Notes under the pieces: generated by a model
What the model was told of the DNA's origin: nothing
What the model saw: the letters and a program-made list of their open reading frames with translations, nothing else
The model's database searches: none
Program-made: the position numbers and the translations under genes
Part shown: positions 63,357 through 64,000 of the stretch, piece by piece
How positions within the stretch are numbered: the stretch's first letter is position 1
Layout: each line of letters opens with the position of its first letter
IMG/VR virus record: IMGVR_UViG_3300044816_000082
Span: 1 to 64,000 of that record
Length of the DNA stretch: 64,000 bases
Strand: one strand, 5' to 3'
Source of the DNA: a virus

Positions 63357-64000
63357 ATGATCTGCGATGCGATGCCTGCCCCGACCTCAACGATCGCCCG
63401 TGACGTCCTCTGGACCCTTGTCCGAGAGCGACGTCCTGAGTTCGTGCGTGCCTGGTGGAGAGCAGCCGGCCCACGGGAACGCGCTGCTGTCCAAGCGAGC
63501 GCGTTGCATGAGATGGGCGCGGAACACGCGGTGTGGCGCAACGACCCCCGCGGGTTCACCGAGTGCGTCCTCGGGCAAGGGCTGTGGAGCAAGCAACGAG
63601 CGATCCTCGACAGCGTCGGGCGGAACAAACGGACCGCGGTCCCGAGCTGTTTCGGTGTTGGCAAGACGCTTGCGGCGGCCGCCGCGACGTGCCATCACGT
63701 CTGCGTCTACCCGCCCGGGACGGCACTCGCGATCACGACCGCGACCCGGTTCCGTCAGGTCAAACGGCAGATGTGGCCTGAGATTCGTAAGCTCGCGAAC
63801 CGAGCTGGGTTGCCGGGGCAGGTCGATACGACGCAGTGGAAGATGACGACAGGTGCGGGGGTCGAGACCGTCGTCGCGTACGGGTTCTCAGCTCCCCCGA
63901 ACGATGAGGCCGCGACGCATGGGATCCACGCTCCGCACATCCTGCTCGTCGTTGATGAGGCCGGTGGTATCGGTAAACCGCTCGGTCGGGGGATGCGAGG
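63357..64000 (+). CDS. terL: Terminase large subunit (partial, runs off window; not in ORF track)
   Basis: Translated by hand: DPRGF..CVLG..LWSKQRAIL...AVPSCFGVGKT (Walker A)...GIHAPHILLVVDEAGG (Walker B). Confidence 0.9.
   Translation, partial: MICDAMPAPTSTIARDVLWTLVRERRPEFVRAWWRAAGPRERAAVQASALHEMGAEHAVWRNDPRGFTECVLGQGLWSKQRAILDSVGRNKRTAVPSCFGVGKTLAAAAATCHHVCVYPPGTALAITTATRFRQVKRQMWPEIRKLANRAGLPGQVDTTQWKMTTGAGVETVVAYGFSAPPNDEAATHGIHAPHILLVVDEAGGIGKPLGRGMR

Noticed and set aside
1-64000. tRNA, rRNA, tmRNA genes or attP/attL sites
   Set aside because: None recognised by eye; tRNAscan-SE/ARAGORN and flanking sequence would be needed to exclude them.

Overview
High-GC, almost entirely plus-strand segment of a large actinobacterial siphovirus or prophage. 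The left arm (0.7-20 kb) holds head-tail, tail, -1 frameshifted tail chaperone, tape measure, Dit, large Tal/fibre and lysis genes. The middle (22-35 kb) holds an intein-containing RecT/Bet-like annealase, a Cas4/PD-(D/E)XK exonuclease, an MmcB-like nuclease, a J-domain protein, a replication initiator with iterons, a DnaC-like loader and DNA methyltransferases. A TerS-like gene at 36.8 kb is separated from TerL (63.36 kb to window end, absent from the ORF track) by ~26 kb of tiny mosaic ORFs and gene fragments. The most notable signals are non-coding: (i) a conserved 18-33 nt gene-junction repeat (CACTCGGTAGCGGCGGTG..ATGTCTGAG) linking unrelated small ORFs; (ii) more than a dozen 5'-leader hairpins, most with an AGC-centred loop; (iii) three promoter classes, namely an early/operator motif CG(CT/TC)AACCGGGTATACAAT, a late GCGAC-N19-YANNNT motif, and PafBC-type TGTCRG-N10-TANNNT promoters in front of both recombination genes. 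Also notable are a Gln-terminated intein in RecT and an overprinted second reading frame inside the C5-methyltransferase. All family assignments come from motif recognition by eye; no database searches were run.
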